Shown one piece after another: positions 8,283 through 17,725 of a stretch of 32,000 nucleotides of DNA. Numbering within the stretch: the first letter of the stretch is position 1; each line of letters starts with the position of its first letter. The DNA comes from Caldivirga maquilingensis IC-167 (lineage in GTDB: Archaea > Thermoproteota > Thermoprotei > Thermoproteales > Thermocladiaceae): the NCBI RefSeq assembly GCF_000018305.1, contig NC_009954.1, forward strand, positions 1,980,001 through 2,012,000, in the 5' to 3' direction. Under the pieces are notes generated by a model. That model was not told the DNA's origin and searched no databases. It worked only from the letters and a program-made list of their open reading frames with translations. Position numbers and translations under genes: made by a program.

Positions 8283-9083
8283 TTGAATATTTTTAAACCC
8301 CTAGGCTACAAGCTAATAATCATGAGTGGGGGTAATGTTAATGAGAGTAGGAGGAATTTCCTGAAGGCTATGGTTACAATTGCTGGGTTAAGTATTGTGG
8401 CTGGGGCGTTAAGGGGCCTTGAGGTGCTTATGCCTCCTGAAGTGAGTATAAGCGGCTTCCCTAGGCTTCTCCTCGTGGATGAGAATGGTAACCCAATTAA
8501 GGCTTCAAGCATACCGATTAATGGTAAGCAAATCGCCTTATTCCCCTACCCCCTTAGTAATGAGCCTAATATGTTGTTGGCTTTAGGTGACTCCTCCGGT
8601 AGTCCTGTGGAGGTTCCCCCGACTACTGTTGTTGTTCCTCAGACTGGTGCATCATATGAATTCCCAGGTGGTGTTGGGCCGAATAAGAATATAGTTGCCT
8701 ACAGTGCCCTTTGCCAGCACCTGGGCTGCACCTTCCCTGAATTAACCTTCTATCCACCTGGTGTTAAGGCTATTACCGTTAATGGACCCATGGATAAGGT
8801 TATTCACTGCTCCTGCCATGGTTCTACGTTTGATCCGTATAAGGGTGGTGCTGTGGTTACTGGGCCAACAGTAAGGCCTTTACCGGCTGTGGTTCTTGAA
8901 TGGGATTCAAACACTGATGAATTATACGCAGTGAAAATGATAGGACCAGTAATATACGGGCACCCAGGCTTCAACACACCCACAAACAACACAATAAACA
9001 ACCCAACAGGTGATTTAACAGGGGGATCACCAATAAGTGGTACAAGTACTGTGGTTAAGTATTACAGTAATCCAGCATCATGA
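8283..9083 (+). CDS. soxL: Rieske [2Fe-2S] protein with twin-arginine signal
   Basis: The cluster-binding boxes CQHLGC and CSCHGS are present, along with the Tat motif SRRNFLKAMVTIAG. The probable start is the ATG at 8322 (MSGGNV). The symbol is given only by analogy with the Sulfolobus cbsAB-soxLN locus. Confidence 0.85.
   Translation: MNIFKPLGYKLIIMSGGNVNESRRNFLKAMVTIAGLSIVAGALRGLEVLMPPEVSISGFPRLLLVDENGNPIKASSIPINGKQIALFPYPLSNEPNMLLALGDSSGSPVEVPPTTVVVPQTGASYEFPGGVGPNKNIVAYSALCQHLGCTFPELTFYPPGVKAITVNGPMDKVIHCSCHGSTFDPYKGGAVVTGPTVRPLPAVVLEWDSNTDELYAVKMIGPVIYGHPGFNTPTNNTINNPTGDLTGGSPISGTSTVVKYYSNPAS
8290..8297 (+). promoter_or_regulatory. TATA-like box for the Rieske gene
   Basis: TTTTTAAA is centred about 28 nt upstream of the ATG at 8322. 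Confidence 0.35.
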
Positions 9084-10509
9084 GGTGGTGGCTATGAGTA
9101 GTACTAGCTTCTGGGATAGGGTTGCGGAAATCTTTCACTTAAAGGATGTACCTTTCATGGGTGTTCCAGATTACATGTTCAGTATAGAGTATTGGTTGGG
9201 TGCTATAGCTACATCGGCCTTGGCTTGGCAGGCCTTAACGGGATTAGTACTATTACTGTATTACCAGCCTAGTAATGCGTATGATTCAACAATGGCCATA
9301 ATACATAATGTACCCTTCGGTTCAATAATACTCTCAAGCCACCTCTATGGGGCTTACGTAATGATACTTGCGGTGTACGTCCATGGGCTTGAAGTCTTCT
9401 TCAGGGGTGCTTATAAGAGGCCTAGGGGTGCTCAATGGGTTTTAGGTGTATTGCTCTTCGCCATGACTCTTGGTGCAGCCTTCGTTGGTTACTCATTAAC
9501 GGGTGATGTGCTTTCAGCGGATGCTGTCGGTGTTGGTAAGGGTATTTTAACGGCATTGGGCTTGTCTCAAGTAATACCAGTATTCTTCGGTAATGGTACT
9601 CAATTGGACTTGTTTACAAGATTCCTGGGTTGGCATATTATACTGGCATCAGCGTTAATACTGTTCTTCTTCATACACTTCTACCTGGCTGAGCAGAACG
9701 GCTTCATGCCTGACCCAAGGGAGACTAATTACAGGGCTCCTGCCTTATTGAGTAAGAATGATGCTAGGCTTAAGCCTTGGTGGCCTAGGAATTTCGTCTA
9801 CATGGTTAGCATAGTGTTGTTCACGTGGGGAATCATACTCGTAATTCCATCAATACTGGCTATACCGAGTATACTAGGCAGGATACCAATACTCTTCTCA
9901 CCCTACCCAGGTCCCTCACCAACAAGCCCACAGGCCAGTAGTGTGCCGGCTTATCCACCCTGGTTCTTCCTATTCATGTATAAGATGGCTGATATGCCCT
10001 TCGGCCTAAGTACCGATATTTTAATGGGCATATTCATACCACTTATCGTATTATTAATAGTACCATTACTGGATAGGAGTGATTTACTGCATCCATTGGA
10101 TAGACCATGGATAACCGCATTATTCATAACTGGGTTAACCTGGGTTATTGAGTTAAGCATATGGAGTGCTATTCAACCCGGTGTTCCAGTGGAGTTAACC
10201 TGGTTCGCATTAACAATAGTACCACCGGTTGTGATAGCCTTTGGTGGAGTTTACGCGGTTAGCAGGGTTTGGGTTAGGGTTAAGGCTAAACCCAGTGGTA
10301 ATGGTAAGGGGGCTGGCTTTAAATTGAGTAAGAATACCGCATTATCCCTAGGCTACGTAACATCACTGCTAGCCATAATAGCCATAGCAGTCTCCTTCAC
10401 CCTCAACCCAATATCCGATGGACCATACGTAGGCGTAATGTGGGGGACAGCCCTAATATCATTTGCAGCATCCCTATTAGCCTACTTCTACGTTGAGTAC
10501 ATTCAGTGA
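9037..10509 (+). CDS. soxN: Cytochrome b (bc-complex type), extended C-terminus
   Basis: Two H-x13-H heme-ligand pairs are present (SHLYGAYVMILAVYVHG and WHIILASALILFFFIHF) in a polytopic membrane protein. The probable start is the ATG at 9094 (MSSTSFWD), preceded by GAGGTGGTG just after the Rieske stop. The symbol is given by locus analogy. Confidence 0.85.
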   Translation: MVQVLWLSITVIQHHEVVAMSSTSFWDRVAEIFHLKDVPFMGVPDYMFSIEYWLGAIATSALAWQALTGLVLLLYYQPSNAYDSTMAIIHNVPFGSIILSSHLYGAYVMILAVYVHGLEVFFRGAYKRPRGAQWVLGVLLFAMTLGAAFVGYSLTGDVLSADAVGVGKGILTALGLSQVIPVFFGNGTQLDLFTRFLGWHIILASALILFFFIHFYLAEQNGFMPDPRETNYRAPALLSKNDARLKPWWPRNFVYMVSIVLFTWGIILVIPSILAIPSILGRIPILFSPYPGPSPTSPQASSVPAYPPWFFLFMYKMADMPFGLSTDILMGIFIPLIVLLIVPLLDRSDLLHPLDRPWITALFITGLTWVIELSIWSAIQPGVPVELTWFALTIVPPVVIAFGGVYAVSRVWVRVKAKPSGNGKGAGFKLSKNTALSLGYVTSLLAIIAIAVSFTLNPISDGPYVGVMWGTALISFAASLLAYFYVEYIQ

Positions 10510-10535
10510 TAATAGTCTTAAACCTCTATTAAGGG

Positions 10536-11306
10536 GTGTTATTAATGATGCTGAATAAGGTTAAGGTGTGGAATGAGGATGGGGTTGGGGTTATCGCCAT
10601 TGATAATGGGTTAGAGAATCCACTTGACTTAGACGCCTTAATTCAATTAATGACAGCGTTAACCACGGCTAATAGGGATGCTGGGGTTAATTGGGTGGCA
10701 TTAACAGCAACAGGGTCATCATTCTTCACAACGGGCATTGACTGGGATTCAGTGGGTGAGGATTATGATTCAGTTAGGGAACTGGTCAGGGTGATTAAGG
10801 CACTGGTATCCTTCATGGTAACCCTTGATAAACCCATAGTAACCATACTTAACGGCTCAGCCCTAGGCCTAGGCCTTGAATTAGCTGTCTTAAGTGACTT
10901 AACCATAGCCCCACCTGACGTTTACCTATGCTACCCGGAGGGGGCCATTGGCATACCCCCCGTCTTCTCAATGCCTAGGCTTCAACAAGCCTTACCCAGA
11001 ATGACCCTAGTAAAGTTACTCTCAGGTAACGCATTAAGTTCAAGTGAGGCTGAGAAATACGGTTTAATTCACCTTGTACCCAGGGGGAATTTACTTGGGG
11101 ATGCTAAGTCAATAATAAGGGGCATTAGGTTTAATTCCTTGGCTAGGAGAATAATGAATGAACCAGTGAGGGGGATTATTGATGAGGCTGAGGCAGTGCT
11201 GCTTGATGCATTAATGTCACGGTGCCTAACCCACTCCTCAAGGGAGGAGTTAATTAAGGTCACTAAGGAGGCTAAGGTTAAGTGTAGGAGCAGTTACTTA
11301 ACCTAA
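10536..11306 (+). CDS. Enoyl-CoA hydratase/isomerase (crotonase) family protein
   Basis: The pattern VGVIAIDNG...LNGSALGLGLELAVLSDLTIA matches the crotonase oxyanion-hole region. The ATG at 10545/10548 is a likely start. Confidence 0.8.
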   Translation: MLLMMLNKVKVWNEDGVGVIAIDNGLENPLDLDALIQLMTALTTANRDAGVNWVALTATGSSFFTTGIDWDSVGEDYDSVRELVRVIKALVSFMVTLDKPIVTILNGSALGLGLELAVLSDLTIAPPDVYLCYPEGAIGIPPVFSMPRLQQALPRMTLVKLLSGNALSSSEAEKYGLIHLVPRGNLLGDAKSIIRGIRFNSLARRIMNEPVRGIIDEAEAVLLDALMSRCLTHSSREELIKVTKEAKVKCRSSYLT

Positions 11307-11385
11307 TGAAGGTGAAACCCCTTGAAACCGAACTGGAACCAAGGCTGAAATTAGGCTGATGATTAATTATCCTTAAAAGGGATTA

Positions 11386-11922
11386 ATGCAAATACACTGT
11401 GGTATGAGACCTATTACTATTGCGGTAATAGTGGTTGTGATTGCAGTAGCCATTGCGGTGGGGTATGTTGCTGTTAAGTTAACTGGACCTGCATCTGTGT
11501 ATGTTTACATTAGTGATAAGCCAATGCAGGTGCAGCACCTTTACGTAACAGTATCATCAATAATGCTTCACAATGAGGTATCAGGCTCATGGTACACCTG
11601 CAGTAACGCATCAGTGAGGCTTGATTTAACACAGTTAACGTCAACATCACAGTTAGTGGCTAAGTGCAATCCACCTAATGGCACCTATAATTTAATCTTC
11701 CTGCAGGTATCCAGTGTTCAAGCGGTGGTTAATGGGCAGAATTACGATTGCACAGTACCCAGTGGCATAATTAAGGTTCCCCTTGAGCCTCAGCCAATTG
11801 CGGTTAATGGAACAAGCTATAGTATTAACGTTGACATGGGTATGGTTAATAACGTTAACTTAACCGGTAATGGTAAATGCATTGTTAAACCCGTTGTTAA
11901 GGCCACAATCACTAGGCATTGA
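11386..11922 (+). CDS. Membrane-anchored extracellular beta-rich protein (DUF4382-like)
   Basis: The protein has an N-terminal TM (ITIAVIVVVIAVAIAVGYVAV). The following pattern (VYISDKP...HLYVTVSSI...LDLTQL...GTYNLIFLQVSS...VPSGIIKV) resembles DUF4382 proteins. Confidence 0.5.
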   Translation: MQIHCGMRPITIAVIVVVIAVAIAVGYVAVKLTGPASVYVYISDKPMQVQHLYVTVSSIMLHNEVSGSWYTCSNASVRLDLTQLTSTSQLVAKCNPPNGTYNLIFLQVSSVQAVVNGQNYDCTVPSGIIKVPLEPQPIAVNGTSYSINVDMGMVNNVNLTGNGKCIVKPVVKATITRH

Positions 11923-11983
11923 GTACTCTAGGTTTAACTCAGTATGTTAAAATAAGGAAATCATGTGTTTAAGCTAATTAGCC

Positions 11984-12688
11984 TTACTTACGGACTTGAA
12001 TCACCGGGGCGTACTTTAATGCACTTCTATTAGCGGCCACGGCGCCTATGGTTAAGGGTACTAGGGTTAATTTACCCAGTATTAAGCCTAGCATGGTGCT
12101 TAATAATGCTGGTAACGGCATTACACCGTAGAAGGCTATCGGTACAAAGACTAAACTATCCACAGTCATACTGATTGGGTCTGATACACCAACCCTCTTG
12201 AACACATTACCCATAATCCTACTCACCAGATGAACGTCAAGGGATTCAGCGGTGAAGAACGCTGTAACACTAGCTACGGCTATTCTAGCTGATTCACCAA
12301 CAATACTTGCGAAGGCGTTCTGCATGCTCCAGAAGGGGGCTGGTGGGGCGTATATTGCTAGTTGAATGATTGCCCAAAGCCCGAGTTGAAGCAGTGCAGC
12401 AATCCTAACAACCCAGTAACCGGTTCTCCTACCGAATTTAAGGGTTAATACATCTAATGTGGCCACAGTGGCTGAGTAGGTTACTGTGCCGCTGGGTAGG
12501 TTGGCGTAGCCAATGTACATTATTTTACTGGCTAGGAACTGACTAACGGTTAGGAGCATTAGGTATGATGATATTGCTGAAGCCAATAACACATCATCAC
12601 CCCCCATTCTCCATGACACGTACATTATCACAGCCACCAACACATACACCACGGCTGCCTCAAGTAGGAAGTATAGTACAGGGTACAT
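11984..12688 (-). CDS. Polytopic membrane protein, VUT/YhhQ-like (queuosine-precursor transporter family)
   Basis: A 234-aa protein with about 6 TM segments. The segment PSGTVTYSATVATLDVLTLKFGRRTGYWVVRIA resembles the YhhQ/DUF165 core. The family call is tentative. Confidence 0.45.
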   Translation of the reverse strand: MYPVLYFLLEAAVVYVLVAVIMYVSWRMGGDDVLLASAISSYLMLLTVSQFLASKIMYIGYANLPSGTVTYSATVATLDVLTLKFGRRTGYWVVRIAALLQLGLWAIIQLAIYAPPAPFWSMQNAFASIVGESARIAVASVTAFFTAESLDVHLVSRIMGNVFKRVGVSDPISMTVDSLVFVPIAFYGVMPLPALLSTMLGLILGKLTLVPLTIGAVAANRSALKYAPVIQVRK

Positions 12689-12748
12689 TGAGCCCTGCCC
12701 TGTGGGGCAGGTTTATAAGCATACCTGTTCATTAATATTAAGGATGCG

Positions 12749-14293
12749 TCACCCAATAGCCCTCCTGACCTTAGCCATATCCAGTAGATACGCCTTAGCA
12801 TCATTAATGTAACTGTTATTGACGCTTTCAAGGAATAGCTTAGTGAGTAGTGCATGCTTCCTCTGTTCAAAGCCTGGTGACGACACCTTAACCCCTAATT
12901 CATCAATTGCCTTAATATCCTCAAGAACCATTGCAATAGTCTCCTTACTAACCCTCAATTCACTCTTCATACTTGGTAACTGCTCGATACACTCCATGCA
13001 TATGTATTGTGCAGCGTCGCTTAAGTCACTCCATAGGTTAACGTAATTCCCCTCCAATACACCCCACTGTCTCTCATTAAGCTTAAGTAATGTTGAGAGA
13101 CCTAGGATCTCAGGGGGTATGCCTATTGAGTATAAGGCTCCAACGAAGGCTATCGCCCTAGGTAACGTAACCCCCCTGAAACCCCTCCCGTAACCGAATA
13201 ACCCAATGTGCAGCCTCCTAGTTCTCCTTGGAGGTAGGAGTTGGGCAATGTAGTTTACTGCGTTTGCTAATCCCTCAACCTCAGCCTGATACCTATCAGT
13301 GTACTGCCTAATTATGGTTAAGGCTAATTCCTCCTCATCACTACTCAATATCACTGGTTCAGTGGGTTTTGAATTATTAATGAGGTTAATAGCATCCTTA
13401 GCATTATCCACCGGGTAATCGTACCTGAAGGCTGATTGAACAGTGAACGTGTACACCCCCGGGTACTCCTTGAGCGTGTTATTGACGTTACGTGGGTTGA
13501 AATTACCTCTGAAGGGGGTTGGGCCAACGCCTATTATTGGGTATATGCTTAAACCCAATGAGTTACCAATTGCGTACACCCTTGATAAGGCTATCTTAGC
13601 CAGTAGAACAGCTGGGATTAGGCCATAGTTCATTGCTGGGTCGGATCTGGCTATGAATACCCTAAGGTACTGGGGCTTAGCCACCTTAACGTAACCCTCT
13701 ATTATTGAGTCAATCCTCACTAGTGATTCCATATCCTCAACCAGTGGGATCACCTCAATGGTCTTCGGCTCAACCTCCCCAATAACGTCACTGACCTTAA
13801 GCCCATCATCAAGCTCAACACTGCATTTACCTGCTACAATCCTTTCATAGTACCTCAGCGTCATTATTAAGTCCCTTGAACTGGAGGTTAATGGGAAGAT
13901 GACTTCAAATATTGCCTTAACTGGCTTACCGTAGAAGACCCTGGCTAAATCATAGGCCATTGGTATTGTTTCAAGGGCCTCAGCGAAAATCTTCCTATCA
14001 GAGGCCTCAACATTAGGGTTAGGTAACCTGTAGGTTAGGTAAATATCCTCCCCAAGCACCTTATTAATGAAGAATCCCCCGTAATTCTCAAGGAGCTTCC
14101 TAACCACGTAAATATCCACGTCCTTACCCTCGAAGTCCCACATGGTTTCCTGACAATCGTAAATACTGTAATTCATGTAGGCTTCATAAACCTCATCATC
14201 ACCCTTAATGAAGTCGTTAACAACCCATTGAGGCACATTGGCGTAGTCAGGGTGCTGCGTACACATTGTCCTCGGTATAATCCTCACATCCAA
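12749..14293 (-). CDS. ppcA: Archaeal-type phosphoenolpyruvate carboxylase
   Basis: The N-terminus (M)DVRIIPRTMCTQHPD is the hallmark of the roughly 510-aa archaeal PEPC family. The tracked start is TTG at 14293; the GTG at 14287 would give MRIIPRTM. Confidence 0.9.
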   Translation of the reverse strand: MDVRIIPRTMCTQHPDYANVPQWVVNDFIKGDDEVYEAYMNYSIYDCQETMWDFEGKDVDIYVVRKLLENYGGFFINKVLGEDIYLTYRLPNPNVEASDRKIFAEALETIPMAYDLARVFYGKPVKAIFEVIFPLTSSSRDLIMTLRYYERIVAGKCSVELDDGLKVSDVIGEVEPKTIEVIPLVEDMESLVRIDSIIEGYVKVAKPQYLRVFIARSDPAMNYGLIPAVLLAKIALSRVYAIGNSLGLSIYPIIGVGPTPFRGNFNPRNVNNTLKEYPGVYTFTVQSAFRYDYPVDNAKDAINLINNSKPTEPVILSSDEEELALTIIRQYTDRYQAEVEGLANAVNYIAQLLPPRRTRRLHIGLFGYGRGFRGVTLPRAIAFVGALYSIGIPPEILGLSTLLKLNERQWGVLEGNYVNLWSDLSDAAQYICMECIEQLPSMKSELRVSKETIAMVLEDIKAIDELGVKVSSPGFEQRKHALLTKLFLESVNNSYINDAKAYLLDMAKVRRAIG

Positions 14294-14382
14294 GCCCCCT
14301 GCACCTAGCCTTATTAAGCTCAGTGGTTTAGGTATATAGGCAATTGATTAATACGGATACGCCTCAGTAGCCTATTGCTGCA

Positions 14383-15642
14383 TTAAGTCTCATTAAACTT
14401 CACTGATTCCCCATTAATTAACCCACTCATTGACTTAATGAACTCCTCCTCACTCATTGGTTCCCTTAAACGGCCCTCGTCGTAAAGCCTAACTACTGCC
14501 CTATAAACCCTCTCCACGGTCTCATCATTCTTACCGGCATTAACCCCAATACCCTTAAGCACATGCGCAATCCCAGACCTACCCGTGTATGGGCCTATTA
14601 GAATAGTCTCCCTCATACCGACCAGTGAGGGATCCATGGATAGGTAGGTTTCAGGGTCCTTGGATTGAGCATCAATGTGAATACCCGCAGCCGTGGCGTA
14701 GGCGTTACTACCCACTATTGGTTGATGCCTAGGTACACTATACCCCATGCCCTTAAAGTACTCCACGATCCTTGAAATAACCCTAGGCTCCATACCGTCG
14801 AAGGAGCCCTTAAGCCTACTGTACCAAACCACAAGGGCCTCAATGGGTACGTTACCCGCCCTCTCCCCAATACCCAGTAGTGTCCCATTATTAATCCCCG
14901 CCCCGTAAACCCAAGCAGCCACTGCGTTGGCTACAGCCATGTGGTAGTCCCCATGTCCATGAAACTCCAAGGCATTGCTGGGTATCTTGAGTAGGCTCCT
15001 CATTACCCATATTAACTTAGGTATACTGTAGGGTAGTGAGGCTGTGGGGTATGGTACACCCACGCCTGTTGTGTCAGGGAGCTTAATTACTAGGGATGCA
15101 CCGTACTTATCCCTAAGCCTAAGCAACTTATTAACGAAGGGTACTACGAATCCTAATACATCAGCCCTGGTTACATCCTCTAGACTGCATCTTAAGGCTA
15201 TGCCGCTCCTCATGGCCTCCTCAGCGGCTTCAAGGTACTTCTCAACCACCCTAGCCCTAGTGGTGTTGAACTTGGCCTTAATGTGGATGTCTGATATTGA
15301 CATTAACATAACCATTTCATCTAACCCACTCTCCTTAACCAACCTAACATCCTCAACCCTAGCCCTACCCCATCCAATAACCTTAGGGTACTTTAAGCCA
15401 AGGCCCTTAACAGCATTAACAATCCTCCTATCCCTCTCAGTGTATAGGAAGAACTCACTCCTACTCAACCTCCCACTACCGTTATCAAGCTCTGAGAGTA
15501 GTTTGAAAAGCCCCTTAACGTCACTTGGGCTGTATGCGTAGAAGGCCTGCTGCCCATCCCTGAAGGTTGTGTCGGTTATGTATAATTCACTTGGTGTATT
15601 CGGTTCAACGCTTATACCGTCGAAGATTAGTCTCGGGGGCAT
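14383..15642 (-). CDS. DRE-TIM (HMGL-like) acyl-CoA condensing enzyme, isopropylmalate/homocitrate/citramalate synthase family
   Basis: The motifs ITDTTFRDGQQA and FHGHGDYHMAVANAVAA (HxH metal site) are present. The substrate cannot be deduced from sequence by eye. Confidence 0.8.
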   Translation of the reverse strand: MPPRLIFDGISVEPNTPSELYITDTTFRDGQQAFYAYSPSDVKGLFKLLSELDNGSGRLSRSEFFLYTERDRRIVNAVKGLGLKYPKVIGWGRARVEDVRLVKESGLDEMVMLMSISDIHIKAKFNTTRARVVEKYLEAAEEAMRSGIALRCSLEDVTRADVLGFVVPFVNKLLRLRDKYGASLVIKLPDTTGVGVPYPTASLPYSIPKLIWVMRSLLKIPSNALEFHGHGDYHMAVANAVAAWVYGAGINNGTLLGIGERAGNVPIEALVVWYSRLKGSFDGMEPRVISRIVEYFKGMGYSVPRHQPIVGSNAYATAAGIHIDAQSKDPETYLSMDPSLVGMRETILIGPYTGRSGIAHVLKGIGVNAGKNDETVERVYRAVVRLYDEGRLREPMSEEEFIKSMSGLINGESVKFNET

Positions 15643-15868
15643 TGGCCAATTAGTGGGCCTATACTCAACCTCACTGTAGTCTAGGCCCTCCTCCCTTAGG
15701 ATTTTTAATAATCCATCCCGGGATTCCCTAACCCGTGCTTCAATAACAATCCCCGAAACGCTAAGCTACCTGGACTATATAAGCATTACGTACACTTCCA
15801 GAAGCCGTCGAGAAGCCTATATTCACTTTTAAGCGTAAAGCGAATTAAGGACGCTGAGCCTTAAACCC

Positions 15869-17008
15869 ATGCATCCGCTTCTTGAGGAGGTTCATGAATT
15901 ATTAAGGAGGAGTACAGTGGAGTTCGCGGAGGCTAGGGTTGAGCCATTGGCTAAGGCCATTGAGGTTAATGGTGAGTACCCAAGGCAACTAATGGGGGAG
16001 TTGGGTAAGCAGGGCTTACTTGCCCCCATGGCTCCACCAGAGTACGGTGGGGGTGGCTTAGACTTTAGGGGTGAGGTGATTATTATTGAGGAGGTTGCTA
16101 AGCACTCCCCAACCCTGGCAACATTAATGGAGGTTCAGGGAGCCTTAATAATTGATTCACTTTTAAGCCATGGTAGCCGGGAGGTGAGGGAGAGGTTCCT
16201 TGAGGGTTTAGTTAAGGGTGATTTAATAGCCTCCTTCGCCTTAACCGAACCCTGCTGCGGTAGTGATGCTGGGGCTATTGAGACAAGGGCTGTTAAGGAT
16301 GGGGGTGAGTGGGTTATTAATGGGCGTAAGGCATGGGTAACCAGCGGCCAATACGCCGACCTATACCTAGTCTTCGCCAGAACCGGTAGTATTGAGGAGA
16401 GGCATAGGGCTATTACAGCATTCCTAGTGCCTAGGGGTGGTTGCATTGAGGTTAACCCCATGGGTGTAATGGGGATTAGGGGCGGCGGCACCGCTGAGGT
16501 TTCCCTAAGGGACTGCAGGGTGCCTGATGAGTACAGGGTTGGGGAGGTTAATAGGGGTTTTTACTTAGCCATGGAGAAGCTTAACCTGGGTAGGACTTGT
16601 GTTGGGGCTATTGGCTTAGGTATAGCTGAGAGAGCCTTCACTGAGGCTTATGATTACGCTCAGGTTAGGCGAATCTACGGGGGTACGTTGGCTGAATTGG
16701 GTGTTATTCAAGGCTACCTAGCTCAAATGTATACTCAAGTTGAGGCGCTTAGGGGCTTAATCTACTTGACTGCCTACATGAGGGATAAGGGGTTGAGTGA
16801 ATTCACTAAGTATGCTCAAGCGGCTAAATACCTAGGATCAAGCACAGCGGTTAATGTTACTAGGACTGCAATACAGGTAATGGGGGCTGTTGGCTTATCC
16901 ACTGAATCACCATTAGAGTACCTTTACAGGGATGCCAAGGCCACTGAGGTTTACGAGGGATCCAATGAAGTTATCCTATACTCATTATTCAAAATGTTAA
17001 GGAAATAG
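15869..17008 (+). CDS. Acyl-CoA dehydrogenase
   Basis: The motifs ALTEPCCGSDAGAIETRA and YEGSNEV are present, and the 379-aa length is typical of ACADs. Confidence 0.9.
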   Translation: MHPLLEEVHELLRRSTVEFAEARVEPLAKAIEVNGEYPRQLMGELGKQGLLAPMAPPEYGGGGLDFRGEVIIIEEVAKHSPTLATLMEVQGALIIDSLLSHGSREVRERFLEGLVKGDLIASFALTEPCCGSDAGAIETRAVKDGGEWVINGRKAWVTSGQYADLYLVFARTGSIEERHRAITAFLVPRGGCIEVNPMGVMGIRGGGTAEVSLRDCRVPDEYRVGEVNRGFYLAMEKLNLGRTCVGAIGLGIAERAFTEAYDYAQVRRIYGGTLAELGVIQGYLAQMYTQVEALRGLIYLTAYMRDKGLSEFTKYAQAAKYLGSSTAVNVTRTAIQVMGAVGLSTESPLEYLYRDAKATEVYEGSNEVILYSLFKMLRK

Positions 17009-17052
17009 AAATAAGCTATATTTTAAATTATGATATTTTTATTACCCTTCGC

Positions 17053-17562
17053 TTAACTTATTGACTGAGCAGTTACAGTGAAGGGTATGTTTGAACCACT
17101 GGCTAAGTATATAGTACCATCATAAGATACGCCTGGAGTATATGAACCACTGCATGTGTAAACTAAGTAAGCTATTGTACCACCAGTAATGCCAACCATA
17201 TTGTTCGTGGGGGTAACCCCGGTGATAGTACTTGATAAACCACCAGAAGTTAAACCAGCGGCACTTGGAGCACTGGCTGAAGCTCCTTGGTAAGTGCAAG
17301 TATTACCATTGAGTGTTACACTGGCTATGTTCTGTGTGGTACCACCTGGATTACTTACATAAAGTACTAGATAGGCAGTACCAGTACTACTATCAATATA
17401 TAAGTCTTGGCTTATTGAGCTTAATGTCCCGGCATGTGCATTACTCCTGAATAAGCCGAAGGCCCATATTGCCACCGCCACGGCTAGTGCTATGGCTACT
17501 GCTATCAGTATTATTGTTGCTATTACGTTGGATATACCCCTCCTGTTAGTCATGCTTACCAA
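17053..17562 (-). CDS. Archaeal type IV pilin-like protein (class III signal peptide)
   Basis: The N-terminus NRRGISNVIATIILIAVAIALAVAVAIW matches the archaeal pilin/flagellin N-terminal domain. The remainder is Ser/Thr/Gly-rich and beta-like. Confidence 0.75.
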   Translation of the reverse strand: MVSMTNRRGISNVIATIILIAVAIALAVAVAIWAFGLFRSNAHAGTLSSISQDLYIDSSTGTAYLVLYVSNPGGTTQNIASVTLNGNTCTYQGASASAPSAAGLTSGGLSSTITGVTPTNNMVGITGGTIAYLVYTCSGSYTPGVSYDGTIYLASGSNIPFTVTAQSIS

Positions 17563-17725
17563 TAGTTATTTTAAGCGCTATATTTTTAAGTATTACTCTA
17601 AGCTTTATTCATGTCATATATAGATACTCAACTTTAATTACACTAATAATATAATGAATCATGCGTAGAAATCATCATTAAGCCTACCGCTAAATTAATT
17701 CTACATTAATTAATACGCAATGTGG

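Noticed and set aside
11306-11359. 17-codon mini-ORF (MKVKPLETELEPRLKLG) overlapping the crotonase stop codon
   Set aside because: It is too short to support without conservation or ribosome-profiling data. It is probably chance.
12628-12870. 80-aa minus-strand ORF bridging the PEPC 3' end and the start of the YhhQ-like gene
   Set aside because: It overlaps two better-supported genes in other frames and has an atypical composition.
15044-15541. 165-aa plus-strand ORF, representative of the antisense ORFs at 54-329, 1838-2038, 5997-6209, 6842-7027, 8306-8512, 8804-9001, 9951-10160, 11069-11263, 12819-13046, 13443-13628, 16135-16491, 17742-18188, 18426-18620, 18672-19016, 20513-20764, 21474-21818, 23240-23425, 25842-26039, 26664-27220, 27915-28406, 29025-29684 and 31704-31964
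   Set aside because: Each lies inside a longer ORF on the opposite strand that has clear family motifs or coding composition. Their products are Ser/Leu/Pro/Thr-rich, as expected when translating the pyrimidine-rich antisense strand.
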